A DNA stretch of 63,266 bases, the filler included, from Choristocarpus tenellus KU-1152 (lineage: Eukaryota > Protista > Phaeophyceae): assembly GCA_964200185.2 (NCBI GenBank). It is 14 parts of 14 records of this genome, joined end to end, with 100 filler letters (N's around TTAATTAATTAA, not from the genome) between each part and the next. Parts side by side here need not be neighbours in the genome. Positions count along the whole stretch, not along the records: positions 6,588 to 11,503 come from CAXNAD020012545.1; positions 11,604 to 16,345 come from CAXNAD020013247.1; positions 16,446 to 19,179 come from CAXNAD020025209.1; positions 19,280 to 21,871 come from CAXNAD020026465.1; positions 21,972 to 28,823 come from CAXNAD020007216.1; 9 more parts are not named here. One strand, written 5' to 3'. Of the stretch, positions 10,699-24,339 are shown one piece after another. The notes below the pieces were generated by a model. It was not told the DNA's origin. It saw only the letters and a program-made list of their open reading frames with translations, and ran no database searches. Each line of letters starts with the position of its first letter. The stretch's first letter is position 1. A program made the translations under genes and the position numbers.

Positions 10699-11503
10699 AT
10701 GGATGATGCATACTGTTTGATGGGCATGGCAGGTGACATCTCGATAGGCCACCAGGAGCCATCAAACATCGCAGAAGCCCTCACAGGGTCTGATGCAGAA
10801 CACTGGGAAGAGGCAATGGAGCAAGAAATGGAGGGCCAACGAAGCAAAGGAACCTTCCATGAGGGAGAGAGTCTGCCACTAGGGAGGAGACCTGTCAAAA
10901 CCAGATTTATATTAAAATCAAAAGGACAACCTATGGAGACATCGAAAGATTTAAGTCCAGGCTGGTGGCACGGGGTTATTCCCAAAACGAAGAGGTGGAC
11001 TAGTTCAGCACATTCAGTTCAGTGGTGGGATTTAACGTGATTCGGGCAGTCCTGGCTACAGCAGCTAACATAAACTGGGTCATCAACTCCCTAGACTTCA
11101 CTCAAGCTTACCTGAATGCACCACTCCCTGAAGATGTAGGGCTACAACTGCCCAATGGATCCATCACAAAAGCGGCCAGGGCCATCTATGGCCTTAAGCA
11201 ATAAGTAATGGAGTCGTGCAAGGAGCTAAAGGAGACAATCTTAGCGGAGGGGTGGGTTGTTAGCGACTTTGACGCCTGCCTATATGTGAAAAGGAGTGAA
11301 GATGGAAGGATGGCTGTCCTTTTTCACTATGTGGATGACATCTCGTTGACTGGAAACTTCCATGAGGAAGTAAAGAGGATGAAGAGCAATCTGCTTACCA
11401 AGTACGAAGGACGGGACCTCGGGACCCCAGACAAGTTAGTTGGGGTGGCAATCAACCGGGATGAGGCTGGCATCACACTAGACCAACATTTCTATGCAGA
11501 GAG
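10699..11503 (+). mobile_element. Ty1/Copia reverse transcriptase relic (RVT_2-type), pseudogenised
   Basis: EPSNIAEAL..WEEAMEQEM; after a frameshift RFKSRLVARGYSQ; LDFTQAYLNAPL, AIYGLKQ*, DACLY, HYVDD, GRDLG. Contains stops and is cut by a linker. Confidence 0.92.
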
Positions 11504-11696
11504 NNNNNNNNNNNNNNNNNNNNNNNNNNNNNNNNNNNNNNNNNNNNTTAATTAATTAANNNNNNNNNNNNNNNNNNNNNNNNNNNNNNNNNNNNNNNNN
11601 NNNCCCCCCCCCCCCCCTCCACCCCCGCGCCTCAACAGCCCCACATCTTACATCACACATCTTGTGACAACCTCCTGCGTGTGCTTGATTGAACAG

Positions 11697-13618
11697 GTGC
11701 CCAAGGCAGAGTTGGAATCAGTTCGAGAGAAGTACAAGAACAAGCACCCAGGAGCTTATTGGGTGGACTTTGGAGACTTTTCGCTGATGCGTATGGATGC
11801 TATCAAGGCCATGCGGTTTGTGGGTGGGTTTGCCATGGCTGGTGATGTGGACCCAGAAGGTGAGGTGCATGCAATGTGTACCTGTGTGAGCTATTTTAGT
11901 TCTCGGTGAGCTGTGCTCAACTGCATATATATAAGTTGAATATATATATATATATCCTTGATATTGTTTTTTTTTTCATTGATTTTTTTTTACAGGCGCA
12001 TATGGGTTTTTTTGTCCTTATGTGCATACAACACCCTGAGATTATGAAGAGATAAACTCGGTTATTTTTTTACAGATAGTTTTTTCTAGGGTTAGGGAGA
12101 TGTAACGAATAAGAGCATGGCATGATGTGCAATGGTGTATTTGATTGGAGTGTTCTTGGAAATTAGGCTGAGGGGTATGGATAGTATGGAAGTATTTCTT
12201 GCATCTTGAAACTCTTTTGGCATCCAAACCTAACTCTGCCCTTGATTTTAATTCCTAACCCTAGTCTTAAGTTATTTTCCTTAACCTTACCTCTACAACC
12301 CGAATTTTCGATGCAAATTTTCTACTTTGTTTACAACTTGTGGCACCATCCCCTCCTCCCCCCCTCCACAAGTCTGAAGATGTTAAAGAGAGAGGCAGAG
12401 AATTTCCCTACCTAGCCTCTCAACAAAGAAATGACAGTAGCTTTAATCACGAAGTAGCACTCTTAGAGTATTTTTGCCCATTACTAAGAGAGGATACCCT
12501 TGATAGGTATATTGTTCTGATGGATACACTATGGTGTCACCAGCATCTGATACAAGAAGCGAAAATCCGTTTCATTTTTTTCGTTTCTACAAAGAGGTGG
12601 AAAATACACCCTCTGTGTGTGTTTGATTTCTTAGGTGTGAAACTGCTTCATTTTAGCAATCCATCTGTAGTAGTAAGTCTGGTAGTAGTGGTAGTATATT
12701 AAGGCACTCTTCCTCTCTCTCTCTCTCTCACTTACACACAAATGCATTTCCATCTGCTTGTGTGATTTTATTTTATTTTATTTTCTATCAGAGTACCTGG
12801 TCACTGCTGTCGACCCAGTAGCTGAGTTCTCTGCTCCTATCCTGAAGCACATGAATGACGACCATGCTGACACAACCAAGGCCATTGTGGAGCACTACAT
12901 CACAGGGGGCACTAAGGCATGTCAACTACCCTCCTCCATATATTCTCAATACCCCCCCCTACTTGAACTGTGGCTGACTCTGTATTGTTCTTAGGATTGG
13001 AATGACTTATCCCCACAAGCATGGATCACACTGACTATTTCATTAAGGTTCTTTTTGAGGGCAATAGTAATAGTTGTATGTCCGGGTTGTTCCAAGGACC
13101 AATGGTTCAAACATATCCAGTGACAAATGAGCTCGATGGTTTTTTTTAAAAGAAGACTAGACTGTATGTAACCATTTTTTGACATTTTTTGGTGAGTTGC
13201 ACAGACCTTCAAAATTTCTTATCAATACATCAAAAAAGTTTGACTTCATTCTCTCATCCTTTCAACTCGTGGGACCCCTTGCCCCACCTCATGATAATCT
13301 TCCCCCCATGCCCCTACAACTTCCTTCACTCCCATCCCACACCACCTAACACAATTTTTGTTGAAAGTTACCAACTTACTTGCTTTCATTTTTTTTTCTG
13401 CATATATGTATGTATATATGTACCAGGTGGAGTCAGCAACTATTACAGCAGTGGACAGATTAGGAATGTATGTTGTTGTTGGACTCGGAGGACAATCCGG
13501 AAAGCTTCGCCTTCCCTTTCCTAGACCTGCTGAGGGCCGTAAGGATGTTAAGGACCTCATCGTAGAAATGACAAGAACAGCAGCAGCCGCAGCAGGAGAG
13601 GCATCTGACTCGACTTGA
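11697..13618 (+). CDS. HugZ/HOZ-like pyridoxamine 5'-phosphate oxidase family protein with DUF2470 (3' part, 3 exons: 11697-11859, 12792-12916, 13427-13618)
   Basis: Spliced peptide KHPGAYWVDFGDF..RFVGGFAMAGDV..DPVAEFSAPILKHMNDDH..ITAVDRLG..LRLPFPRPA..*. Exon phases are consistent and the second intron is GC-AG. The 5' end is lost at a linker. Confidence 0.85.
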
Positions 13619-15276
13619 TTGCAATATGTTGCTTGGATTTTGGTGGGCTAGGGGGTGACCAGTGCTTGTGTTGGGGGCGTAGTGACTGACTGCCCTTTTG
13701 TGAAGTCAATGGGGTTGGAGTCTGTGGGGGAAGATAGAGTGTAGGTGGTTTTGGTGAATTGTGATGGGAATTGTGTTGGCTTGCTGAGGTGGCAAATTGT
13801 GTGTGTGTGTATGGTGTTGTCTGTTTTGTATGGTTGGCTTGCTGGTGATTGTGGGTTTCATCTTTTGAGTGGGTGTGTGCTGGATGCCTGGCATGTGATA
13901 TGGAGAGAGAGGAGGGGTGGGGCAACAATAAGGGCAAGAACATTTTTTCATTATAAGAGATACTAATACATTAGCCCTTTGTCATAAGAACCGTACTTGC
14001 TAAGAAATAAAAGAAAGTGAACATGAAGTAGATGCTTCAGTGTATAGCTTTATTGTTATGCATAGGATGTATCCACTTGGAGATTTTTTGGTTGGACATG
14101 GGATGTTTATGTTATTTTGCAACATCACCAGGCTTAAGGACCTTTTCTGTGAAACAGAGTGAAGAAATGGACAGTCTGGGGTTGTAAAGAAGATTCTTAC
14201 CAGGTCAAACCATAATGAAACAACTCTACAGTGGGAAGCCTTGGTATTCCAAGGCATCAAGCCTTCCTTGTGACCAGAATTCACTTTTCAGTCCTTCAAT
14301 CCAAGTTTTCAGTAACCCTTCAGTGGAATAATGCCCTCTCTGATACCTCCATGTAAGCCTCTTTGGAGTACATTATGATGAACCTGTGGCAGGTTTTGAC
14401 TACAGTAGTTTCAATTTTGTACTTAAAAATATATTGTGGGACTTGATATGGGCCCATTTTGGGGAGGCTGCCATTGATGTAGCACATGTCAACCTCCCTC
14501 TAGTCTCCTCACAACTCAAAGGGGTGTAATAGGGTACCATCCAAATATCGGTTAGGTGACCTGGCACAGGGCAGAAATAGGTTGCAATTTGTTAGTTATG
14601 AAGCCAGAAAGTGTGTCATACGCCTAGCAAATCATGTGACATCAATAATTCAGGAAATCTCAGTGAGAGTACGTGTTGGATCGTGTCCTTGTGTGTACCC
14701 TGAGTCAATTTAAATCTTGAGTGTTTGTATGATCATTTTTTTCACCACATAAACTTGAGTGCAACTGTATCAAGCCTTGCTGCAATTTTGGTGTGCATTC
14801 TAGGTGGAGCAGTGGATATGGTGTAAAACAAAAATTAAAAAGAGGAAAATATTTGGGGGAAAACAAAAAAAGAGCAATGTTTTTGTCATATATTGTCAAT
14901 TATTATTTTCAAGGCTCCTTTTTCGGGACAGCCCTCCCCTCCCCTCCAAAAAATAAAAATATATATATTTGCGATCAAAAAACTAGCACACAACTTGAAT
15001 TTGATTTTCAGAATTGAATTCAACACACACTGAAGCAATCAGCAAGAGCGATCAGATAACAAAGAAAACTCCAAAGAGACATGTACACAATCATGCCCCA
15101 TCACCCTGCTCACACTTGACACATGCATTAACAGACACACAAAATAGATTGACAGTTACTACTTCTGATGAAAAAAAAAGACGATAGATGGGTCACTACT
15201 GTCACAACTACTCCACTGAGAAAGGGTACAATGAATAAACAAAACACCTTCAATGTTGGCAATGGCCCAGGGGCTC

Positions 15277-16345
15277 TTACTCCGTTGTTGGATCGCTCAA
15301 TGTGTACTGTGTCTTAGTCGCCTTGATTGTCTCCACCAGGGATGAGGTTCCCGGCATGCATACCCCGTCTAGCTCCAGCCTCCTGGCAGCAGACTTCACC
15401 CCAGCCCCGACTCCACCGGACATGGACTTGCCGTGACAGGAGTAAAAGAAGTTGTATATTTCTGAAATACCCATCCTCGCAATGGTCTGAGAAACCCATC
15501 ACATCTGCCACCTGTTTTTGAATTGACTTCCACAGTCATCAGACCAGATGTGGAGGACATCCAGGGTCTGTCCATATTCCCAGGCCAAAGGTATTGGGTG
15601 GTTCTTGACAAACATCTCCACAGCATTCTGAACAAACTTATTGTCCTGGCTTCGGTCCTTGCTACACATCAAAATGCTGTGAGCCCAGATCCGTCCCTTT
15701 CCCAAATTTCCCTCTTCCCTCAGGTCCCTCAACCACCAAACTATGGGCAAAAGAGCTATCAAGAAAAGATTGAAGAACTCCTGTTGTGTCAAGTCTTGGT
15801 GGTTGTATGGAAGTTGGGAACTGAAGTCGATAAACATGGCAGCGTGGCCTTTCAGGAGGCAGGATTTGCAATGTTTGTACTGTTGCACCTGCCAGACTGT
15901 GGTGTGGTGAAGGAAAAATTCTGGATGAAGTTGGTGAAGAGAACCTCGACGAGGTTCGGCAAGCCCTCTGTCCGTGGGAACTGTACCTGAATGTACAGGG
16001 GCCAATAGTCGCGGTTTTAGTGCTGCAGGAAGTGACCCCCACTGTAATGATGCAGATTTTGTTGCCGTACAACTGTGTGTATTTTGAGTCTGAGGGGGGG
16101 AGATCTGCCTATTGTTGGACGAATACATCGCGACACATTCAATGTAGATCAATCTTTGACCCTAATAACAGGCTCACCTCTCTTTCACCTCCTGTTGTGC
16201 TTGTCTGTAGACCCTTTGTCGTCTTCGTCATCACTCTCCTCAGTTCTACTGCTCCTGGAGTGGCTCAAAGTATCTGGGAGGGGGTGGCAGCTGTCCATTT
16301 GGTGTCAATTTTTGAATGTCGCGATTTTTGGGTTATTTGGTTGCA
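15277..16345 (-). mobile_element. Sola2-like DNA transposase relic
   Basis: MFIDFSSQLPYNHQDLTQQEFF, HIWSDDCGSQFKNR, NFFYSCHGKSMSGGVGAGVK fit the DFS..SDGxxQ(Y/F)KN..HGKxxxDGxG pattern. In-frame TGA at 15499-15501, and the expected third Asp reads Gly. Confidence 0.7.
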
Positions 16346-18010
16346 NNNNNNNNNNNNNNNNNNNNNNNNNNNNNNNNNNNNNNNNNNNNTTAATTAATTA
16401 ANNNNNNNNNNNNNNNNNNNNNNNNNNNNNNNNNNNNNNNNNNNNCCTCATAGTCCCGCGCCTTCCTCAATTTTGAGGATCCCCTGTTAATAGAAGAAAA
16501 TCGATCGAGTTTCTCCTACTCCGGAGCGTAACAAAAGTGAACCAAAGGAATTACAGTCAGGTTTCTCTAGAAAAGAGACATCTGCAGTTCGATGAGCTCA
16601 GATCAGAGTCCAATGTTTACATCTTTACAGGAAGAAATAGATCTGTCAACACCTTGCATGGGCGTAACCCTTTGAGAAGTTCAAAAAGTAGTAAAGGAAT
16701 CCGCTATTCCTCTGCCTTACTAGACCTTGCTTTCCAGCAATAGTTTGGTGGGTATGCGTCATCGACCTCCTGAAGCACTGAAGCGAAGCGCAGTATCATA
16801 TTATGAAAAAAAGTCAAATTTGAGATGTAGCAGAATAATGCACACAAAATTGTTATTCCCCTTTCCACACAGAAAGTGACGCCACAGTTGAGCAAATGTT
16901 CTTTCTCCAATTGTACAAAATGGAAAAATATGTTTGCCCTTTCTCAGGATCATTAAAATGCAACCCTAACCCTACCTCTCAATTGGTTTGACTCAAAATG
17001 ATATTTTATGGATCGTACCTACGTCTGCATTTTGAGTATTGTTTATTCCTATTGGATATTGGTGATTCATATCCTGATGTAATGCATTTCTACTACACCT
17101 ACCTGGATTTAATGGGTTCATGCCACAAAGTGATGCATTTTCACCCCATCCTTAGAGTGTTCACTCCAATTCATTCCTTTGACAACCTCACGTTTCACGA
17201 AGTGGTCATCCTGCACAGCATTACAATTTCATTCCCGTAGCACTTTTCCGATCCAAATTCTTGCGCACGCATCGCACGGAATTATTGTGATCCTCAAAGG
17301 TGGGGGACATAATAAGGGGAATTAGAAAATAGCTTGATATGTTGTCATTCCTTTGGACCAACCGCATGCCATTGCTGATAAAGTAGCCGGTTCACATCAG
17401 TGTTGTTCATCCACTAGTACTCACTTGTCAGCACCTGACCTCAACCATCATGGCTGACTCTCTCTCTCTCTCTCTGTGGTCGGCTACTCTGTGGCTTCTT
17501 CAATACCTCTGTCCTTCTATACCAGACCATCTCTTCATCACCCCTTCAGATTGAACCACGTCTATTGGATCACACAATTCAGGTGTACAACCACTGTAGC
17601 AAAACGGGTTTTCAGTCAATGCACAAGTTCCTCCATGGTGGCAGATCATTCCTTTTGATCTGGAGTTGTACCTTAAAGACCGGACTGGCAGAGAGGCACG
17701 AGCGCATCACTTCGTCACTCATGACATCATCACACCTCAATAGTTTGCAGCAACAGGGATGACATGGAAATCAATACAAATACCCCTTCATTCACTAACC
17801 CATAAACAAGCACGCAATACAACTCAATTGCCACAACGAGCCATCTCACACCAAATCTAATTGTAAGTTGGCAATACATCACAACAAGAATAATTATCTT
17901 CATAACCTTGAGCGTTTGCCCTGTCCTCACCACCCCCCCTCCCCACTCCTCACCACTACTCTCACTCCTTTAGCTTTCCAAAAAGCTAGATGCAACTCCT
18001 TCCAATATAT

Positions 18011-19102
18011 CTACTGCAACGCAGCAGATGTAGATGCCGGTTGATCTACCAGGCCACAGTGCTTAAGCAGGGCTTCGGGAGATGGGTCACGCCCACGGAA
18101 GTCCTGGAAAACCTTACTGGGGTGCCGCCCTCCCCCCATCCCAAGCACTGTGTCAGCAAAACGACGCCCGACCGTGGCTGCTGCCTCCTTGTCATCAAGG
18201 CCCGCCTCCTCAAATGCGGCAAAGGCATCAGCAGACATCACCTCTGCATACTTGTAAGAGTAGTACCTTGTGGGAAGAAAGTCCAACGACAGCAGGAAGA
18301 GGACAGGGAAAGTGGTCAGTTGAGAAGAACACTGACAACATCCAGAGGGAGACACACCAATATCAAGGGAGGCAAGAGAGGTTGCAGGGCAAGTACATCA
18401 TCCTGTGGAAAGGCTTGGCATGACATACAGGTTTATATTGGCCCATCAGTTCAAACATCACCCCTTAACTACAATTCACAGGGCCAAACATGCACACCAA
18501 GTTCAAAATTCTAACCAGCAAATAAGGTGAAGCCAAGCTAAACAGAGTTAAGTCGCTCCCACTCCACCCACAACCCACATCCCCTGTGGACAAACAAAAG
18601 TGTATGGAACCAAAAGGAATAAAACCAGCAAATCATGAGCGAGAACGTTCTCAGAACTAGAATCCACTAGAAACAAACCAACCAAAAAGATACGTTACTT
18701 GCCAAGAACTGACTCAAAACTTTACCCAACCACCAAAAAATCCGTTTCCATCTATTCACACCTTTAAACCCTCAAGCTTACCACATCAAAGAACACAGGT
18801 CCTTCACCATTACAGCAATAACCCCCCCCCCCCCACACACACACACATTAACGGAGTGACTGACACCTAGGAACAAATGAGCACCTCAAGGCTGTAAGCT
18901 TACAGAAGCCCTGCCCCAGGCCCTATATCCTGACTACTCACCCAGCAGCATAACCTCCAGCAAAAATGTGCTCAAATGAGCACAGGAACCGATCCTCCTT
19001 CAGTGGAGGAAGTACAGTATAACGGGCAGCCACCTGTCTCTGTACATCAAACACACTCTCCTCAGACTCGGGATCATAGCTGTGGTGCAGCTCCATGTCC
19101 AT
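18011..19102 (-). CDS. Oligopeptidase A (M3A metallopeptidase), last two exons (19102-18942, 18266-18011)
   Basis: [24 protein letters not shown]|[45 protein letters not shown], the typical M3A C-terminus. GT-AG intron in phase 2. Confidence 0.93.
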
Positions 19103-19287
19103 CTAGTGAAGGAGGTGCATATAAGATAGGGAGAGGGGGAGAGGGGGAGAGGGGGAGAGGAGCACGAGGAGGGGGATGGNNNNNNNNNNNNNNNNNNNNN
19201 NNNNNNNNNNNNNNNNNNNNNNNTTAATTAATTAANNNNNNNNNNNNNNNNNNNNNNNNNNNNNNNNNNNNNNNNNNNNGGTGGTGG

Positions 19288-19344
<57 letters not shown>

Positions 19345-20117
19345 CGGGGTTCCCTTGTGCTTTGGCGTGTGTGCGTGTGTTTTTATTTTACAAAGGAATG
19401 TGACTAGTAAAAATGTGAACATGGTGAAGGTGTGGAATCAGTGTCATAGAGCTTCGTTGAGTGTGTGTTACCATAGATCCACTTTGTGTGTATGTGTGTG
19501 TGGTTTGTTTTGGTTTGGTTTGGTTTAGTTTTTTTTCTCATTCAAGATTTTGTTCACACTTCGAAAGGGGTGTCTGTGCCGGATAAACTCAATCTGAAAA
19601 TCGTTGTGTGTGATTGGTGGGTGAGGGGATACAAGGCAGGAAAGAAATAAGAGAGAAAACTAAGCAATACTTTCTGGTTGTCTTCCAAAAAGCAATGGGC
19701 TGTCATCCTATACTCTACTATTACTGTTGTTGATATCTGTTTCTCCTCCTCATCATCATTTCTTTGTTAGTAGTAGTATTAGTAGTTTGCTCTTCTTGTG
19801 CATTGTGTGTCAAATTGTAAGTAGGAGGATATATATATTGTATGTTTTTATTAACTTTTATACTGATGTATACTGACTGTAGAAGCGCTCGTATCAAGAC
19901 ACAAGTACGATCTATAGTAAAAATAATAATAATAATATGCTATGACTGGTCAACTGTTTTATATTGTTGCGTGGCGTGTGTGAGTGAGGTGTTCCATACA
20001 CTCAGGAAGGCATGTTGATTTTGTGTGTGTGTGTATTTGTGGTCTTGATTGAAATCCGTCCCCATCCCTGACGTCTTAAACTCCACCCTCCCACCACCCC
20101 CATTGTGTACTGGGCAG

Positions 20118-20468
20118 ATTTCCAACATCCCAAATGGAGATATCTGTGCTTACGAGATGGTTCCAGGATATGTGCAGGCGTTTCTCAAGCACCGTGTGTA
20201 TGACCCGTACCAACGGTTGGGGGGGAGCATGGAGGATGAGGAGGATGATGAGATAGAAGTAGCGGACTGGGAAGATGGGCGGGGCAGGGAGTGTGGGGTG
20301 AGGTGGGAGGATGGGGAGGGGCAGCGGAGGAGGGAGCTTCGGAGTTTGGTGGACAGAAATTTCAGTGTAGAGGGTTATCCGCTGCTGCTCTCATTCCCCA
20401 AGGATATGTCATGTTTGAGGTGTGGTTTTCAGGGGAGTTGGATGGAGGCAGGGGAGCACAGGGGCACA

Positions 20469-20500
<32 letters not shown>

Positions 20501-20827
20501 CTATCTAGGATTGTCACTACAAACAGTGGGAAGAAGAAAAAGAAAAAACTATACGAACATACTTCATATCGGTTTATTTAGTTTTTATTCCACACTGGCT
20601 CTTATCTCTTTGATGACCTTCTTCTGCACTCTGCCTTTGTCATGGCCATGAACATGTAGTGGAGCCTTCCCCCACTTCCCTCCCCACCCCCAACCCCCAC
20701 CTTGCGCTCTGTTTAAATATCTGGGTTTCCCTTGTTGTCTGATTCTTCATGTTTGTTGACACTTTTCCGCAGGCTCTTGCAGATGGTGTGGATGAATGTG
20801 GTGAGGTTTGTAGAGTTGGAGTCAAAG
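20118..20827 (+). CDS. Internal exons (20118-20419, 20773-20827) of a gene, possibly the insertion region of a ubiquitin-specific protease
   Basis: Phase-compatible splice gives ..GDICAYEMV..VEGYPLLLSFPKDMSCLR|LLQMVWMNVVRFV. The USP call rests on weak resemblance only. Confidence 0.45.
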
Positions 20828-21971
20828 GTGAGCAAACAATAAGAAGATTGAAGAGGTTTTTGAGGGGGAGCTGTTGTTTTGTAATAGGAAACCAGGCAGA
20901 GTCAGGAGCACGGCGTGATTGTGAGGTATACCAATGGCGGTATGGATAACATCATACCGTTGACAATATGTCTGCACATTAGTGGTATAATATATACCAA
21001 CTTGAAGTACCAATGACTCCCCAATTTGTGGTCGGCAGCAATCTCTGATCTTTCGTTGAACTAGATGAACTGGCTCTATTTATGTTCCTGTATGACACGA
21101 AGTTGTGTGTGTGTGTGTTTGATTTGGGTACTGTGTAGTATTGTGTGTAACTGTTAATGATGAGTACAGTTTGAAGTAGTTGGGTGCTGCATTGATTGCT
21201 TTGATGCTGTTGATAATGGTGTTGTGCATTTCGATGGACAAGAATCTACATTATTTTTCTCTTCTTGTGTGTGGGCTATTGATACTTGACGTTTTGTATG
21301 GTGGTGTTCTAGGAACATTTTCATTCCGTGTTTTTCATTCCTTGCTTATTGTTGCCATGTAAAAAATGGACCGACCAACCGGTGAGCGCTGTGTCTCAAA
21401 TGAAGATATCTTTTCTGTTTTGAATGGTGGGTTAGGACTCTCGACAGTGGACTGAGTCAGTAGAGCAAACAGGAGGAGGCGTGTTGATTGTTTTGAATGT
21501 TTTGAATGTTTGGAGTTTTTAGTGCCTGTGTTCTTTCAACTCTGTTCAAAAGAAGGAAGTCATTTGAACAGAAAGTGGGGGTCAGTGGGGGTAGCTTGCT
21601 CCCGTGAACCTAATAGTGTACTCACTAAAGAGTCAAAAGCACACACTCCACAGCTGGGAGTTGTGTGCCTCAAGAACACATGTCTCTTGAAAAGTCAGAG
21701 GGGACCTGAATGCTCAGCATCCCCCCCGCCCCTGCCTGGGTTACTTTGACTCGGACTGGAAGGCGTTTACTGCGTTTATTGTGAGCAATTTAATGTAGAC
21801 TTTAAAGTTATTTTTTGTATGTTCTTTACTGTGTTGTATGTGACAAGGGTAAAAGTATCTGGGGGGGGCGGNNNNNNNNNNNNNNNNNNNNNNNNNNNNN
21901 NNNNNNNNNNNNNNNTTAATTAATTAANNNNNNNNNNNNNNNNNNNNNNNNNNNNNNNNNNNNNNNNNNNN

Positions 21972-22139
21972 GAAGTGTCAATATCTATCTTTCGGACACA
22001 CCTTTCATAACGTACACATTTTACCTACTACCAAACATTTTGGAGTCTGAAAATGTCAATAAAAAAACCCCATGGGAAGCCAAGCCCACACAAATGGACA
22101 AACAGGGAAAAATTCGTACCCTCTACGATAGTATCACTC
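21972..22139 (+). mobile_element. MITE family A, right part (left end lost at the linker)
   Basis: Central hairpin, CAAATGGACAAACAGGG and terminal CGTACCCTCTACGATAGTATCACTC. Confidence 0.82.
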
Positions 22140-22199
22140 TTTTTTTGTGATTTTTTCGTTTCGTACGTTTGAAACGTATTGCATCAATGAAGGGTGTGG

Positions 22200-23140
22200 T
22201 TTGTAATTGTACTTGTTGATGTAAAGATTAGAATATCATTGTTATTTCGTAAAAACCCTAACGCACATGTTTTGGCTGTCCTTGGGTTTAGAACATTGAA
22301 ATGGATCTTAAAAACTTATAGATCCGATTTTTTGTGGTGGGGTCTTGTATTTTTAAAAATACTAAGGTCGCCAAAAAGTGGTTTTAGTATTGAAGTAAAT
22401 TGTGGGTACTAGTTGGAAGTGACCTTTTAGTTTATGGAAATTGGAAACGTTTGAGACCCATAAAGTGTGTGCTTGGTATTTTCAAAAATGGTAAGAACGG
22501 TTATTACTGGATTTACTATTTCTAAGAATCCTCATGCATGTGTTTTGGGTGTCCTTGAGTTTCGAAGTGTGGAATGGCGCTTCGAAACTCAAATAACCCT
22601 TTTTTTGTCGTCTCTTGAGTTTTTAAGAGTGCATATGTCGAACAATTTAAGATTTTGTATTTCAAAAAATTAGAGGGTGCCACTTTTGTTGACCTTTTGG
22701 TTTCTGAATATTGGAAAAGTACGAGATCAATGAAGTATGTGCTTTGTATTTAAAAGAAATTGTAAGTACGGGTGAAATCGTTTTTACAACTTCCGTCCAA
22801 CAAATTGTAAGATTTTGAGGATCATGGATCTCATGACGGGTCCAATCAATCTCCTGGAGCACAAACAAAGTTGGTTTCTGAACATTGCAAACGTACGATA
22901 CCAATCAAGTATGTTATTTATATTTTAAAAGATACAAATCACATATTATATTCGGATTTACAACTTCCGAAATGCGTAATGCACGGATTTCCAGGATCAT
23001 CGATCTCAGGGTGGTCCCGCCGATAGCCCGAGGCTCCAACAAAGTTGGTTTCTGAACATTGGAAACGTACGAGATCAATGAAGTATGTTATTTGTATTTA
23101 AAAACGTACAAAGAACATACTATATTCGGATTTACAACTT
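22200..23140. repeat. AT-rich compound tandem array (~270-bp pair then ~170-bp triplet)
   Basis: catgtNttttggNtgtccttgNgttt at ~22266 and ~22537; gtttctgaaNattgNaaaNgtacgaNaNcaat at ~22700, ~22874 and ~23048; tattcggatttacaacttc at ~22949 and ~23123. Confidence 0.65.
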
Positions 23141-24339
23141 CAGTTAGTTTTTCGGTGGATGTGACCTATCTATCCTTTTCTTGTACAAACCACATCACCC
23201 TTTCATAAATATTTATAACTACTGGAAGAAGACGTATGTATGTATTATTGTATAATACAATACGTACGTAGTGCACCATACATAATATAAGCATACCAAA
23301 ACCGTTACCGGCTCCCCCAGGGGGGCCTGTCTGTCCTTATACCTTTGGCTTGGTCGAGGTCGCTTACAAATCGTAGCGGTGCCCTCCACAACAAGCACCG
23401 AAATCTCTTCCAACAACAATATATCCCATTCAAAAAGGGGCCCTTGAAAAGTGCCGCAACATTTACACAAAAAAACGTATGGGCACTTTCCGTGCACCAT
23501 TTGGGGTCAAACTCATCCTCCATGAAATGCTCCATCCTCAATTTTGCGGAGAGGCTGTTGAAGGTTGATGACACTGGCCCTGCACCACCCTGATGATCTG
23601 CTGGAGGAAATGGGGGGACCCTTGTCTACAATCCAGGTTCTGAACCGTCTGATGATGAGGAGGAGGAATTGACGGGAAACCCTGTTTGTGAGTCATGATT
23701 CGTGGATGACTTCATGTCCTGGACTGAACCACTCTCGTTGGACTTCTGCTCTTCTTCTTTTGTTTCCTCGACAAGTCAGCTGGATGTTTTTTGATGATGG
23801 ATTCTTCCACTTTTCGCATTAGGCATGTTTGTGAGAGGTAAAAAAGGTTTTTACCGATCACTCCGTATTTGAATTCACCGGTGTCACCAATGTGAATTAT
23901 TTGATTCTGTGGTGGTTTGGCTCACTCAGGCAAGGGTGGTGGTGGTGGTGGAGAGAATAGCTGGACCAGATGGACCGAATGGACCAGGACGAACCACAAC
24001 CAAGAGGATGAGGTTAAGGTTGGACAAGTGCAAAAACTATAGAGAACTGCAGAGGATTCTTGAGTAGGGAGGATCTCATGAGAGGGGGATCACCAGAATG
24101 TCAAGATGTGACAACAAAGAGATTCTTTGGTGATACTTGACATCTCTTCAATCAGAGACATACACTAATTATGGGATTGGTCTATTGCCTCAATCTCACG
24201 AAAGATCCTCCACTGCGATCCGGAATTCCTGATAAGGAAACTCAATCGGTATGGTGGTGTATGGCATACAGCAATAATGCTATGATAAGGGACAACTTCT
24301 GGGCGCAAATAGCTAGCTTGCTAAATGAAGAGGAACAGG

